This document shows, in pieces, positions 13,131-43,700 of a stretch of DNA of 64,000 bases; position 1 is the stretch's first letter, and each line of letters starts with the position of its first letter. The position numbers and the translations under genes are program-made. Source of the DNA: Asterias rubens (taxonomy: Eukaryota); NCBI RefSeq assembly GCF_902459465.1, contig NC_047078.1, positions 1,116,001-1,180,000 of the forward strand, in the 5' to 3' direction. The notes under the pieces were generated by a model. That model was not told the DNA's origin and ran no database searches. It saw nothing but the letters and a program-made list of their open reading frames with translations.

Positions 13131-15897
13131 TATTCGGCATAAAAACACATAAAAAATACAAACATTTTTTTCAATTCAATTCAATATTGGTTTATTTTCA
13201 TATAAAATTACAAGACCAAATAAAAAGTCATAGACTACTGGCATTTGGTTAACAATAAAATTACATCAAAAATAAATGCACAAAATCAAAACAAAACAAC
13301 AGCCAGGGACATAAGCCTGGAAGTAAAAGAGAAAATAAATAAAAAATATATAAACAAATTTAAATTGATAAATAAGTAAATAAAACGATATAAAAATAAC
13401 AAGAAACAATTTAAAAGAGAGTTTAAAACAAAATTGTTGAAAACATGGCAAAGGGAGCAGATCAGTTACTGCGAGGTCCGCAGAGATGGCTTCAGAGGGA
13501 ATTAATCCAGTTATTTAAGGAATTTAAAACCACGCCAATGCGAGCATGCGGGAGGAGGGTTACGATATCCGTCGCAACCAGTCTTGAGTAAATTACTAAT
13601 TTATTTCATAATTAACTCATAATACACCTATCAATTGTTAGACGCACTACAGGACCCCCGGGAGCATGCGTCACTATCCATATGTGAGTCAGATTTGCGT
13701 GTCCAAAGACCCACCCTGAGTCAAAAAATTGACACACTTGGACAGATTTGGACAGTCCTCCGAGTGATTTTTTGAATTACCAATCGTGGAAAACGACGCA
13801 CCACGGACGTACATAACCGACGCACATAAAATCTCTTGTAAACGACGTAGGCGCAGTGAATACCAAATAATTCAACCTTATACCTACCAGTTTCGGGGTT
13901 TTGCAAGTGCATGCACGAGTTAAGGTGTTCGAGGTTGTACTGCTTGATTTTCGAGACGAGCGGTTCCCAGCGCACTACATTGTAGCTATTAAAACGCACA
14001 GAAAACAGAGGGGCCCGAATACCCACAATTCAAAGCACAGCGCCCAAGTATGTACATGATGGTGCGCAATCTTCAAATTGCGCAAACTGGTGCTCGATAC
14101 ACAATTGGAACTGCCTATTCTGCATAGCGCAAGTTATAAATTGCGCACAAAATTGTTGCGCAAATTTGTTGATTGCGCTCGACAGATGAGCGACAGCGGA
14201 TGCATGTTTTACTGCAAAATAAACGATCGCAATCACGATCGCGGCCACATTAAATCTAGCATTATCAACAGATGAGTTTTGTCGTAAGAGAGACCTCACA
14301 GATTGTGGCATTGAAAGGTTGGAATGTCTGCAAATACCAACATCATAGGTAGGCGGGGAGGAGTAGGTGGCTTCATTATTTGATTCTCCACCAAGAATAT
14401 ACAAAATACATTGAAATGGACATCGACGGAACATGACGTACCTAAACGCACCTCTTAACGATTTTTTGACTGACCACTATTGGATTTTGACGTACCCACC
14501 GTCACTTTTTTGAGAGTCATGACGCAGACTTGACGCACCCTCCCTGGGGGTCCTACAACGCGTCTTACAATTGATCATGATAGGTGTATAATATATCCTG
14601 GTGTCATGTGTTTTCAGTAGGATAACAGGAAAATTGTTCACAATCAAAAACTGTTTTTTTTTTTTTCAAATCATCTATCCAATTTTTTAACATCAACACT
14701 TACACTTCATGGTGTGTTGAAATTTTTAAAGTTTTGGTTTTACGTTGCGAGAGACAGTCCGCCATTAACAGTGCTTATGCATGCACGACATTGGAGCAAC
14801 GTCATATGTTTTCACACCTTTCATTGGTTGGTATTTTATTGAACATTCCGAAGCTAGTATGTCGTGCAAATTAAATCAAATTACTACTTAACAAATTTAA
14901 TTACATTTTTGTCCCACGGCATTATGGCTACTATATTAGAATCGAGAGATTTCATAAGGCATGGTAGTAAAACACCCCACCCCCCTTAAAACACACACAC
15001 TTCATAACAATCCGTTTTTCCCCATTTTAGACCAGTAATGTTTGTTTTCAGGAGATAGGAAACCAATCTATGATATATTCTCTTTAATATAGACGTAATA
15101 TTTTTTACGTTTATCGGAATTTATTACAGTATGCAGCTAATCAACAAATTTTGTTGTTGTCATTTTCACTTCAAATATTTAAATTTTTTCCTCATATTGG
15201 CACACCATAGAATCCCAAATAGTAACCACCTCACGTGATCCATCTAGTGACTAAAGCAGAATGAAACTCAATCTAGCAGATTGTAATTTTGTTTTGAACT
15301 TTCGAGGTTGGATGATGATTCTTTGACTCATTTGAATGTTGGCATAATAATGCACTAGTGATTTGTACCAAAAATCAATCATTTTATAAATATTTAAGCA
15401 TAACCAACGTCAGGAAACTTTATTCTCAGCATGATTAAGCCTGATAAAAATACAGACCGTGAGTAAACTGCATAGCTTCTGCAACCGGTGCAGCTTGCAC
15501 AATCTCGCGGTAAACGGTAATCGAAGTTGGGGGTTCGAAACATATGAGGGTCGATATCGTATGACGGATAAGTTATAACAACAAACATGCGGATGATACA
15601 AAAGTTTACAGAAAGTAAACTAAAACAAGGTAATTTCATAAATAGACTGAGGGCGCCCTACCACACTGCCGATCAGCTGCTGAGAATTATTACACAACTT
15701 TCATGTCGCAAATCAATTCATGAAGACAAGATTGACTGATTTAATGTGATTCCCCCAATAAAATCCATCAAAATTTATCTATTCCCGTTAAGACCTATTG
15801 TCAGTTCTCATATATTCTAAATTAAAAGCTGAATAAAAGTTACCTTGACGGCATAATCTATCACTCTTTTCACACCGACCAGCACACGAAGAGACAT
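8341..15897 (-). CDS. ETFB: Electron transfer flavoprotein beta subunit, complete, 6 exons, 254 aa
   Basis: Exons 15897-15844 ([18 protein letters not shown]), 12682-12524 ([30 protein letters not shown]...CQ), 10741-10583 ([18 protein letters not shown]...LGKQ), 10129-10022 ([27 protein letters not shown]...HLV), 9241-9128 ([10 protein letters not shown]...RYATLPNIM), 8511-8341 (KAKKKP...EAGVV*). All GT-AG, all phase 0, 765 nt in total. Confidence 0.97.
8550..8988. mobile_element. TTAA-flanked MITE family B (about 400-440 bp)
   Basis: TTAAAGGGTATATGTACTTTT...GTATCCGAATCCTTTAA with internal GATTTACATTAAACTTACAC...GAAAGCTTCCC inverted blocks. Other copies at about 5510-6920 (interrupted), 24886-25249, 46440-46650, 47840-47990, 62566-62942. 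Confidence 0.75.
9381..9618. repeat. Minisatellite, 7 x 34 bp, in ETFB intron 4
   Basis: Unit ACGGCCAGGGCACCGAGGCGTTTTCTTTTCCTTA, nearly identical copies. Confidence 0.95.
10771..11101 (+). mobile_element. Decayed L2-type LINE 3' end in ETFB intron 2
   Basis: Residual [30 protein letters not shown]-like coding tail, 3' UTR GCGCCTCGAGCACC...GGCGCCCTATA and TTA repeats. Confidence 0.65.
13623..14588. mobile_element. About 1-kb non-autonomous element with long imperfect TIRs in ETFB intron 1
   Basis: TACACCTATCAATTGTTAGACGCACTACAGGACCCCCGGGAG at the left is mirrored by CCCTGGGGGTCCTACAACGCGTCTTACAATTGATCATGATAGGTGTA at the right. Confidence 0.6.
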
Positions 15898-16098
15898 TTT
15901 GAGGCGTTCAAGTTGCAGGCAACGCACAGAGGGCAAAGGTCACTTTTTTATACACGAAATCGTACGTGTAGCAACAGACGACTGTTGCATGTCTGGAACT
16001 AAAATGCCCAAATCAAATCGCGCAAGATGCTAAGACAATATAATTATTTTAAAGATTTCTTAAGACAATCATGGAAGGGCAATACATAGCAGTATAGT

Positions 16099-16236
16099 GG
16101 GATAACTTTCCGTATGGCGCCACCACTTTTTCACTCATTTTTACAAAAAGGGATATATCAATCAGGTAAATTAGATACTATAATTAGTATTTTATTTCGA
16201 ATGAAAAAGTGGTGGCGCCATACGGAAACTTTTCCT
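16099..16236. mobile_element. About 140-bp palindromic MITE (family F)
   Basis: TTTCCGTATGGCGCCACCACTTTTTCA ... TGAAAAAGTGGTGGCGCCATACGGAAA; other copies at about 45872-45992 and 48030-48165. Confidence 0.8.
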
Positions 16237-18613
16237 TCCTAGGACAGATTTTTGAATGTCGCCCTCACGCGTTTGAAACAAGAAATCGACGACTATTTTA
16301 TGAAAGATAGCGATTTTATTGTGAACGGTCGTTGGTACAGTCGCTCCTACTCAGGCTTCGCGGGGCCCGTGCCCGTCTGCAGTTGGTTAGAAAGGTCACC
16401 GAAGGGCCAATCTTTGATAAGCGATCTACTATGCTTTAGCGCGTGGAGTCTGGAGGGGGTGCGTGTGTGTGTGTGTATCGTCGGCCTGCATGCTGCATGC
16501 AGTACAAATAATTCTATTAGACTTGCTAGCTATACCAGCGCACAATGACAGTGAAGATAAATTCTAATGGACGTTTTTTTAGGACTATTTTTAACTTTCT
16601 TTTTCATGGAGATAGAATGATATTATCAACGCACACCATGACCATGTTGATCGTCAAACTACAGGGGTCCTGTACCGAGATAAATGTGGAACTTGCATAT
16701 AATGTCCATATAAACAGATATTTTTTTCCCTTTCCCTACAATGTCACAGGCGGCAATTTACAGGCAACCAGCTCGCATCTGCAATTTTCCATAAGGAAAC
16801 TCATTCACATTCCTAGCCTGTTTTAATTCACAAAGGACATTATTTCTAGTATTACATTTTCCAAACAAAAACAAATAATCGACAATTTATTACCAAAGTC
16901 TCCTCTCTCGGCCGTCCTCCGAGACGACACTCCTCCATTTCAATCTTGTTTCTCAAAATTTCTAAATTTATATATTTTATTTTGTAATTTTAATTTGCCT
17001 CTGTAGGGTCTAAATATATCAGTAAAAATTGTTAAAATGTACGCCTACTCTTTTTGTCACGCACCATCAATTATCTGACAATTTATGTTGCACCCTGGAC
17101 CATGGTCACACTATGTACGTGCGTTTACATTAATTGTGAAATAAACCAAAGTCCCAGCAGAGTGGTGGCCCGTTGATTTCTTCCTCTATGGTTGAACCGT
17201 ATGGAACGCCAAAGAGGCATTTAATCATCGGTGATGGTCTTTTGCAACTGGTGATCAAATTTTGTCATCGGTGGTGGTCCTATGCGATCGGTGATCAACT
17301 TTAGCGAGCGCTGATAAAACACGATCGGTGGTCCATTTTAGCGATCGGTCATGCATATTCACGAAAGCCACCAACTGCCAAGTCTTGGTTCTACGACAAC
17401 ATTCGGACTCAAGTAAACAAGCTGTATAACACTAGCCACAGCACCCTCTGTTGTATTATTCATTTCTAGATAATACATTGTACATTGGTTTGTGTATGCG
17501 AAAACATCTCTTGAAACAAAGGCCATCACTTGCCCTGTAACCACCCCCCCCCCCCCCAACCTCTCTGCCTCAATCAATAGTCCACACTTCAACATATCAA
17601 CTTTTTGCTTTCAGAAGTTAGTTGGCGAGGGAATTGGGTTGGGGGATGGGGGGTACGTGAGTTTCCCAAAATTAAGAACAAATTAAGAAAATATAACCAA
17701 TCCTATTTGAGTGAAGAATGTTTTATTTCAAAATATTGACAAAACATGACAACAAGTTTTAACCTGGCAACAAAAACAGTTGAAATACTATATAGCTTTT
17801 GGGTTCTTACAATTATCTGTAATACTAAATTACTTCATACAAATTATACTTAATAGTGGACATTTTGTATGAAATAGACCCAACATTCGTTTAAAACCTT
17901 GCAGGGTCGCTGCCGTGCGATAAAGGCCCTCGCCTTCGGCTCGGGTCTTTATCACACGGCCGCCGACCCTGCCAGTTTTAAACGATGAAGAACCTGTCGT
18001 TACCCTTTTATTCCCTTAATTAAACAAGCAGCGACTCACACGGTGTTTCAAGTCCCTAGATAATGTAGACTTATTTTGTTCTCAGGTCCTTACTACATAT
18101 TAATTTACTACACACCCAACAGCACAATTAGCGCCAATAACAGGATGGGTAGGAAACAAGAAGAAATGAGTCTTAGATGTGAGAGGAAAACCCCAATCGG
18201 GAAAACCCCATGCAATCCCTTGCAATCAGGTAGGTACTGAAACCACATACAACACCTTGGTCTGAGGTGCGATTCGTACCAGGGTCCACAGAGATGAAAG
18301 GCAGGGAAAGACACCACTGATGAGCTCACCTGAAAGCTCCAGTCTGAGGTGGGATTTAAACCAGAGTCCACAGAGGTAAAAGGTAGGGAAAAAAACTACT
18401 GATGAGCCGACCTGAAGGCTCTGGTCTGAAGTGGGATTCGAACCAGGGTCCACATAGATGAAAGGCAGAAATAGACACCACTGTATGTAGCGTTAAAACA
18501 CTAGACACCGTATCAAACTGGGTCTGACCGGTGATTTACACATTCGACTGAAAGCCACTCTTGACTCCCCAAAATGATGTTTAGTTAAAGTGGTGGCACA
18601 TAATTTAAAGAAA

Positions 18614-35673
<17,060 letters not shown>

Positions 35674-38600
35674 GTTGCTTGTTGCATGTCAGAGGTCAAG
35701 CCCTTTCAAAATAACTGTAGATGTTAAATTTAATCTTTTCATATACATTTATAAACTTACTTTACAATTAAATAATTAAAAATATCTAACAATATTATCA
35801 AATAATTTGATTATGAAGATATAAAACTATTTTAATACGTTCGTTTTTATACAATAAAATACAGTTTTGGAAAGACACCGGTTCGTTGATGACTTAGGAC
35901 AGACGGCTGTTTTATGATGACATTCTTCACCGTCTGAGGCTTTTAAGGAAGTGGATTCAAAAGAGGGCGCTATCAGACGAACATAGTGTTCACGGTGTTG
36001 CCTATTATTGTGCTTCTTACACAGAATAATAATTATTGTAATTGTTAGATTCATTATAAGAATCTTTGGAAAAGAGTACATTATATAAATCCATAGCTAA
36101 CTCTCTTTGAGTGAACAAGGGCCTTGTCGAAGGCAACTTGTAAAGCTTTAGCAACTTTTGAAGGGTGGGGGACACAATCAAACGTCCCCCGTGTTCTTGA
36201 CCAGCTCAACTATGCAAAGTGTCCCGAGGGGCATCAATCCTGGGGTAACGGATGACACCGCTTTCGGAAGGGTGGGAGTGTCCCCCTCCCCCTCAAAATT
36301 GGCCTAAGATTGCACCACAAAGCATCTTAAATGCAAAATTTTACCGGGCCCTTCAGCGGGCCCGGACCCACGCAGAACACTCGCCTGCTCACTATTGACA
36401 GATTTGCCCCTAAAAATTCGTGTCATAGATTCACACCTGAAGATGCCGTTAAACCCGAAAGGTTCTACTACTGCACACATTTTAAAGGCTTTATGTGGTT
36501 CATTCATATGCCCGTTATTGGCCAAAGATTGAACCACATCACGAGCATCTAAAATGCAAATTAATTTGTATTTCCCCCGGTCATCATGAGTGGGCCCCGG
36601 ATCCCAGGCCGTGTAAGGCTTCGCGTTCGGGTCAATTGCATGCTCGATCTTAAAAGGAACACGTTGCGTAGGATCGGCCTAGTTGGTCTTTGAAAAGCGT
36701 GTTTAGCCGTTTGTTATGAAATGCACATGGGTAAAAGGATGTTGTAAAAGTAGAATACAATGATCCACACAAACATGCCTCGAAATTGCACGGTTTTCCT
36801 TTTACCTCGTCGACTTATGACAGTCTGCCATATGGGAGTCAAAATTTTGACTCCAATAAATAGCTGACCGTGTTGGTTCGCACAGTAAAACATAAATCGA
36901 CGTAATTTTGGCATTCAGAGAGTCGGTGTAATGGAAGCTTGTTCTATGGTTCCCACGGCGTGGAGCAATCGGGACGTAAACCTTTTTGAGTTCAAATTTT
37001 CACAGGTTTGTTATTTTGTGCATAATTGCTGAAATACACCAAGTGAGAAGACTGGTCTTTGACAATTACCAATAGTGTCCAGATGTCTTTAAGCATCCTG
37101 AACAATAATTTTCCTGTGTGGAAATTCGCAAAACTTTGGGAATTATTACAACCTTTTTGGTCCAAAAGTGACGTCATAATTTGACGAAAAAACGTTGATT
37201 TCAGCAAATAAAATATTAGTGACGGAGTTCAAATTTGCACCAGCACACTCAGGTGCCTATCCGCAAGAAGTAATCGCGCAAATTTGGCTTTTCGGGGTGG
37301 CTTGGTGCAAATCGGCCAAGTTTACTTACCTATATACCGCTTCTTCTGCATCTTTTCGCTAATAACTATTATGAACTCGTTGTGTCATGTCTCATGTTCG
37401 TCTGCCCTTTTGTTTGTTTCGTTAAAACGACCCCATACTCTATGTATTTCATCTGTTACTAGACACTGGACACTATTGGTAATTGTCAACCAGTCTTCTC
37501 ACTTGGTGTATCTCAATACTATGCAAATAAACAACGTTGTAAACATTTGAGCTCAATATTTGGTCGCCGACATTGCGAGAAAAAAATGGAAGAAAAAACG
37601 CCCTTGTCGCACAAATTGTTTGCTTTCAGATGCTTGATTTCGAGAAGTCAAATTCTGAGGTCTCGAAATCAAATTCGTGGAAAATTACTTCTTTCTCGAA
37701 AACTACGATACTTCAGAGGGAACCGATCCTCACAATGTTTTATACTATCAAGTAATAATTGTTGATATATATCATGGAAGTATGGAAATAAAAATTGTGT
37801 ATACTTTTAACTGAATTGAAAAAAAAAAATGTCAAACGTGTTGGAGCATTTCCAATCTAAGCAACGTGAGAAAAGAAACATACATGACACTTCACACATT
37901 ATTATTACGGACAATTCGAAGGCTTAATCTATTACATTTCACAGAGAGTTATTTACATGTCTCTTTTGTATGATATGATTCTAAAAACCTTACAAAATAA
38001 TTATAATTTAGCAAATGATTACGAATCCTTCAAGTAGCCTTGGTGTCAAGACGGCCCAGTTGTATAAACAGAGTCGCGGCAAGAGGGCGCTCTCATCTCA
38101 CGAACTGCTTCACAGCACCACTGGCTGTTCGTGTGGTTGTACCGCCCCGATCAGGACTGCTACGACTACTACAGAGGCAAGCATCCTGAGGCCAAGACTA
38201 ATTTCAAAACAGAAACAATAACAATACAAAATTGAACTATCTTTGCAAACGCCGATGGGTATTTTAAATACATCACCACTTAAGGATGCTTAGGGTTTGA
38301 ATAGATGGATTGCACATGACGTCATTAAACACCATGTTTGATGAAATGTGCACTTACTAGTGACTAAAGGCTATCATTGGTTGAGAGATGTGCAAAGTGC
38401 GTACACGCGTGAACTGCTGGACTTGTGGACAAGTCGTTAAATCGGCCCCACGCACTGAGATAGTGCTCTCGCGAGATCACTGCTCTCGCGCGAACTGATG
38501 GCTCGACTGTCCACAAGTCTAGTGAACTGCTAATTTGAAACACATTATGCAATTAGGTGCCTAAGATTGTACATGCCTAGTTTTACTGTAGCTTGTATTA

Positions 38601-39368
38601 ACTTTAGCTTAACACAATCATGCTCAGCAGAAACATGTTACCAACGAAATAAAATACATAGGAATACATTATTAGGATATACCCCACGGATTGGTATAGA
38701 GGCTTTAGTAAATAAATATGCAAGGCCTTTAAAGACCCTGGACACTATTGGTAATTGCCAAAGACTAGTCTTCTCACTTGCTGTATCTCAACACTATGCA
38801 TACATATAATAAACCTGTGAAAATTTGAGCTCAATCGGTCATCGAAGTTGCGAGATAATAATGAAAGAAAAAAACAACCTTGTCACATGGAGTTGTGTGC
38901 TTTCAGATGCTTGATTTCGAGACCCCAGAATCTAACTCTGAGGTCTCGAAATCAAATTCGTGGAAAATTACTGCTTTCTCGAAAACTACTCCACGTCAGA
39001 GGGAGCCGTTTCTCACAATGTTTTATACTCCCAACCTCTCCCCATTACTCGTTACCAAGTAAGGTTTATGCTAATACTTATTTTGAGTAATTACCAATAG
39101 TGCCCGGCCCATACACTGCCTTTAAGCAAAATTAGTGTAGTGTGCTAAACATTTTTAGTTCCTGCAAATGTTCTCAAGTAAACAGTATTCGGAGATTTTC
39201 GAACGCTAGATGGCAGCATACTTATCAGGTATATTCCCACAGTTTCCGTTGTTTTGAGCATGCGCACATTACCAATAACAATGGAGTCTGCTGCCACCTA
39301 TCGTCCAAAAGTCACCCATTCGCGTTACGTTACCCGAACATGCATAGTAAACTTACACAATCGTTTCT

Positions 39369-40736
39369 TTACGAATATCTGTTTAGTTTACTAGCTCTTA
39401 CAAGGTCTCTGAGCCTAAGCATTGACTTGTCTCTGACGTTAAAGTCTGGCAAAGCGAATCGTATTGCCCTTGGGTTATCCACGCGGTAGTGAACCATTCG
39501 AAGCTCAGTGTAAGGGTCGGCAGAAATGACATTGCCCCCAAGCTTTACATTATGGATTTTAAAATAGTGGACATTAATCGGCCGTAGGATGTTTTTATCA
39601 TGTCCTGTGTTCTGAAGTGTTGGTTCTTTTGAGCGCCAAAGATTACGCGTAATGGCTGAATCCCCGATTGGCGTGATGTACTCTGGGTGCCCGAAGAACC
39701 AGTTTTGGATCCGCAGTCCTGCGAGATTTTGCAAAGTCTCGTCTTCTTGGAGGTAGTCTGTTATGAGAGGGCGCTTGGCGTCCATTGGCTGGATATACTC
39801 GTCGACGTCAATCTTCATCATCCAATCAACGTCGTACTTGTGACGCCAGATGCAGTCGTTCTCATGCGCGATCTGAACCTCAAGGTATGTTTTATATTGG
39901 GAGACACTGTGTGACCAGGGTATGACAGTCACGAAGCCCTGCTTTACATGTTCATGGACTGTTTGTGGTAGTTTTGTTACCTCTTCTCTCTCGTTGTCAT
40001 AGATATAGACGTGCTCTACTCCCACATAGCGGTGGAAATCCAACCATTCCGGGATGAAGCTGTCCGATGATTTGACCATCGTGCACACCGCAAGTCGGTA
40101 CTGTTTCTCCGGCGTGACACCTGATGTGCACACGGTCAAATTTGTGTAGGAGTTTTCGCTCCCGGCTCTGCGAAGGTTCATCTGAAAGTACGCCCTCCAG
40201 CGGTAGCGTTCCGGAAGAGGACACGTGATCACAACTACATATTGAGGCATGTAACCAAAGCTTCGTTTATCGTCAATGATTGGTTCGCTTATAGTCTGGT
40301 TCCCGTCTGGAAACTCGCACAGAAATAATTCCTTGTGCCACTGATGTTTTCGGAACTTCAATCCGACGAAAACCACCGAACCAGCGATCGGGTCAGCGAA
40401 TACAGAGTGGACATCCGGCAGTTCCGGGTGCTGAAGTTTATCTTTCAAAAAACATGAGTAGTCACGTGGAATGGCGTATCTGTACATCGATTGATTCATT
40501 TCTTTGTACTTATCGGAGACTTTCTCGTCCAATACGGTGTTAGATTTCCACCAGTCTCTCCAAGTACTCTTCTTGTCCGGTAGGGTGTCAACATGTACTC
40601 CAATGTGCATGTTGAAATCGGCGTCGTAGTCGTAGATACCACCTGATGAGGTCATCATGACGTAGATAAACAGCGCCATCGACGACAACAGACCGGCAAG
40701 GAGGAGATTCTGAGTGTGCAACCGCCTTCGAATCAT
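39369..40736 (-). CDS. Glycosyltransferase family 92 / DUF23 type II membrane protein, 455 aa, single coding exon
   Basis: N-terminal TM segment (LLLAGLLSSMALFIYVMM), LAVCTMVK, EWLDFHRYVGVEHVYIYDN, QIAHENDC and the DxD motif KIDVDEY are typical of GT92/DUF23. Confidence 0.85.
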   Translation of the reverse strand: MIRRRLHTQNLLLAGLLSSMALFIYVMMTSSGGIYDYDADFNMHIGVHVDTLPDKKSTWRDWWKSNTVLDEKVSDKYKEMNQSMYRYAIPRDYSCFLKDKLQHPELPDVHSVFADPIAGSVVFVGLKFRKHQWHKELFLCEFPDGNQTISEPIIDDKRSFGYMPQYVVVITCPLPERYRWRAYFQMNLRRAGSENSYTNLTVCTSGVTPEKQYRLAVCTMVKSSDSFIPEWLDFHRYVGVEHVYIYDNEREEVTKLPQTVHEHVKQGFVTVIPWSHSVSQYKTYLEVQIAHENDCIWRHKYDVDWMMKIDVDEYIQPMDAKRPLITDYLQEDETLQNLAGLRIQNWFFGHPEYITPIGDSAITRNLWRSKEPTLQNTGHDKNILRPINVHYFKIHNVKLGGNVISADPYTELRMVHYRVDNPRAIRFALPDFNVRDKSMLRLRDLVRASKLNRYS

Positions 40737-43700
40737 CTTTGAAGCTTCTCTCTATTTTCTGCTATGGAATCATAAAGACACTAGACCAACATGTTAAAAT
40801 GTCTGACGCACTAATTTTTCAAAACGATGTTATTGTTTGACTCGGGGTGGGGTTTGAACGGGCTACCATTGGCTTCAATCACTGCAACACATCTGCTAGG
40901 ATTCCAGAGAGAAGCACTGCCAGCTATAAGAGGGATGGAACTTCAAACCTCTCTCAGGATAAATTACAATGTCACCTTCTTATAAGAACAATCTTGACAG
41001 AACAAGGACAGAGCACAATATTGCAACCCAGCACCCTCTCCAGCACAGCAGCAATGCTTTTAGGAGAGTACACCATGTAAGATGCAATAGGGGTGATGTT
41101 GAGTGATGCTATAATGTTGCCACCACTCTAAAATGTCAATAGATAAAACCATAAAACTGACGGTGATGATAGTCTAATAAAGATATGCCAATCGGAAACT
41201 TTTATCAGTGTCGTGTATTGCCCACAATTAAGGTTGATCTGATTAGGGTATATCCGGTAGGAACTATTCCCTTGAGGTGTTTGCTCTGGTGACTGCAAGG
41301 GTGGAATACTAAGTAGCTCTACTTTTAAAGGCACTGGACACTATTGGTAATTGTCAAAGACCAGTATTCTCACTTGTTGTATCCAAACATATGCATAAAA
41401 TAACAAACCTGTGAAAATTTTGACTCAGTTGGTCACCGAAGTTGAGAGATAAAGGGAAAGAAAAAACACCCTTGTTGCATAAACGTGTGTTCCTACAGAT
41501 GCAAATGGCTTCAGGCCTGAAATATTTTATTACTTTGAGTGAGAAATTACTTTTGTTTCAACAACTACGTTACTTCAGAGGGAACCGTTTCTCACAAACA
41601 GCTCTACATTGCTCGTTACCAAGTAAGTTTTGTATAACAGTAATTATTTTTGAGTGTCAAGTGCCCTTAAAACAATAAGGCAACACAAAACATCATCAGC
41701 CAGATTGATTGGTTGTTTGATCCACATAATGATTATACCCACGCTGATTACAATGGGAGGTATTTTGCAGGATTGATATAAGGATTAAACAAAAGTAGTT
41801 GTTTAAGTTTAATCTAAACTGACTGATTATGAAGTGCAAACCAGAGCCATTTTGTTATGTGAAAAGTTTCCCCTCTTAAACGAAGTCATGTTCGGAAAAA
41901 CTGTTTCTGAAAACCTACACAAACAGCTGGTTTCGGTTGAGAAAAATAAGTTGTAGATTGTGCGTGGTTTTGCACTACTTGCTCCTGCTCCTGACTCACA
42001 CAACAGATTCAGCCCAAATTTTCACAGGTTGCTATTTTATGAATGGTTGATCACACGAATTATGAACACTGTATGCGACAACCTTGTCAGCTCTACCAAT
42101 CCTGTATACTTTAACCAGAATAATGCAAAGATTATGGTGAGTGGTGTCAGTACCAACTCGACCTGCGAATTCCAAGAAAATACCGGTACACAAAGCTGTT
42201 CACGTCCAATTGATTTGGATCCGGTTTTGATTCAAGTTTAACAACTAGCAGAGTCCATTTCAAAAGATGCACCAACAAGACATACTTCAGAGTGTGACAT
42301 TCCTGCTTATTTGGTTCCATTCAAAACAGGAAATTGTTTGAGTTGACAGTAATGAAGACAGATGTATCGAACTGTCGACAGATGCGTACCAGAGGGTCCC
42401 ACCAGAGAGTCCCGAGATTATATCCTCCCAGCAATTTATGACATTCAAAGTTCGACAGTCTTGCTTATCCGGTTCCCTTAAAACAGTAAGGTGTTTTTGA
42501 TGTGTAATGAAGACAGATGTGTACCGAAGAGTCACTTTCACGAGAATGTTTCATTTCAGCGAAGTATGACATTCAAAGTGCAGTATTGGTTATTCCAAAC
42601 AACACTCGTGTTGGTGACATTGTAACCAAAGTCAAGAGAAGTATCGAACTGTCGACAGTCATACAATGCGGAAGATGTTCGACAGCGGTCGAAGACGATG
42701 CCATACACAGTATTCACTCATTGTAGCGGCAATGGGCTTTGTGTGGTGACCGACAAGTAGTCGATGATGAAACCAGGTTGAACACCAGTATGTCAGCGTG
42801 TCGACTAATTTCGGTAAAATGTCAAGCCTTGATTGGTAGCAAGTAGAAGAATCCCGCATTCAACAAAACTCAAAGTACATCATAACAACTGTACAGCTGA
42901 TCAGGAACTACGAGCTTTGACATCACACAGTTCAAATTCAGCCTCCGAACGATCACACAATAATCATAATGTGCCAACACTACCAAATAGCACTGTACAA
43001 AAAATAATCATGTCATGCCCACACTCTACCCAAAGCACTATAAAATATACAAACATGTTGTACCTCACACTGTGTTCCCTATGACGTCAGGGCGGGCCAG
43101 CTATCTATAGCCGTACCCAAAAAGTAAATTTCAAGAGTTGAAGTACCGGTAAACCACCTTTTGGAATGGGGGAGGGCGCGTTTAGTAAACCTAGCAACCG
43201 ACTATTGTAAAGTTACTATGCACTATGTAAAGTTTACAATTCACCATTTTGGCAGTCGCAAACACCCCAATGTGGACTTTGACCCCTGATACCGTCCGTC
43301 CTGCACATCCCTTTCAGTTTATGTTTAGTATTTATATCCGGACAGCATGATATTCAAGGACTTGGTATATTAAGTCAATGTTAATAGCCCAAAATGCACA
43401 ATCGTCACCTGAAAATATACAATGAATCTTTGAAAACCGTCTGTATAATAAAATAAAAAAAATCAAGCTGCCAAGATGGACGCAATGTCCCAACCATGCC
43501 AGGTTTTATAGTTGTGATAATAATAATATAAACAAAAACATAACAACATGAGGGTTGCCGGTGCCCGAGATTTTGTCCCCAATTTTGGGAACAAAATAAT
43601 AATAATAGGCTGGAGGAGTTGATTCAAAATAGGGCGCTATGAGAAGAAATTTGTACACAGTTTGCCGTAGTGGGAGGGGGGGGGGGGCTAGCCAGAATCT

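Noticed and set aside
12926-13252. ORF with a poly-Tyr run
   Set aside because: Translation of an (ATT)n microsatellite or retroelement tail in ETFB intron 1.
14260-14440. Possible decayed hAT dimerisation-domain remnant (NEATY..PRL..IP)
   Set aside because: It needs several frameshifts, and the enclosing TIRs and flanks do not look hAT-like.
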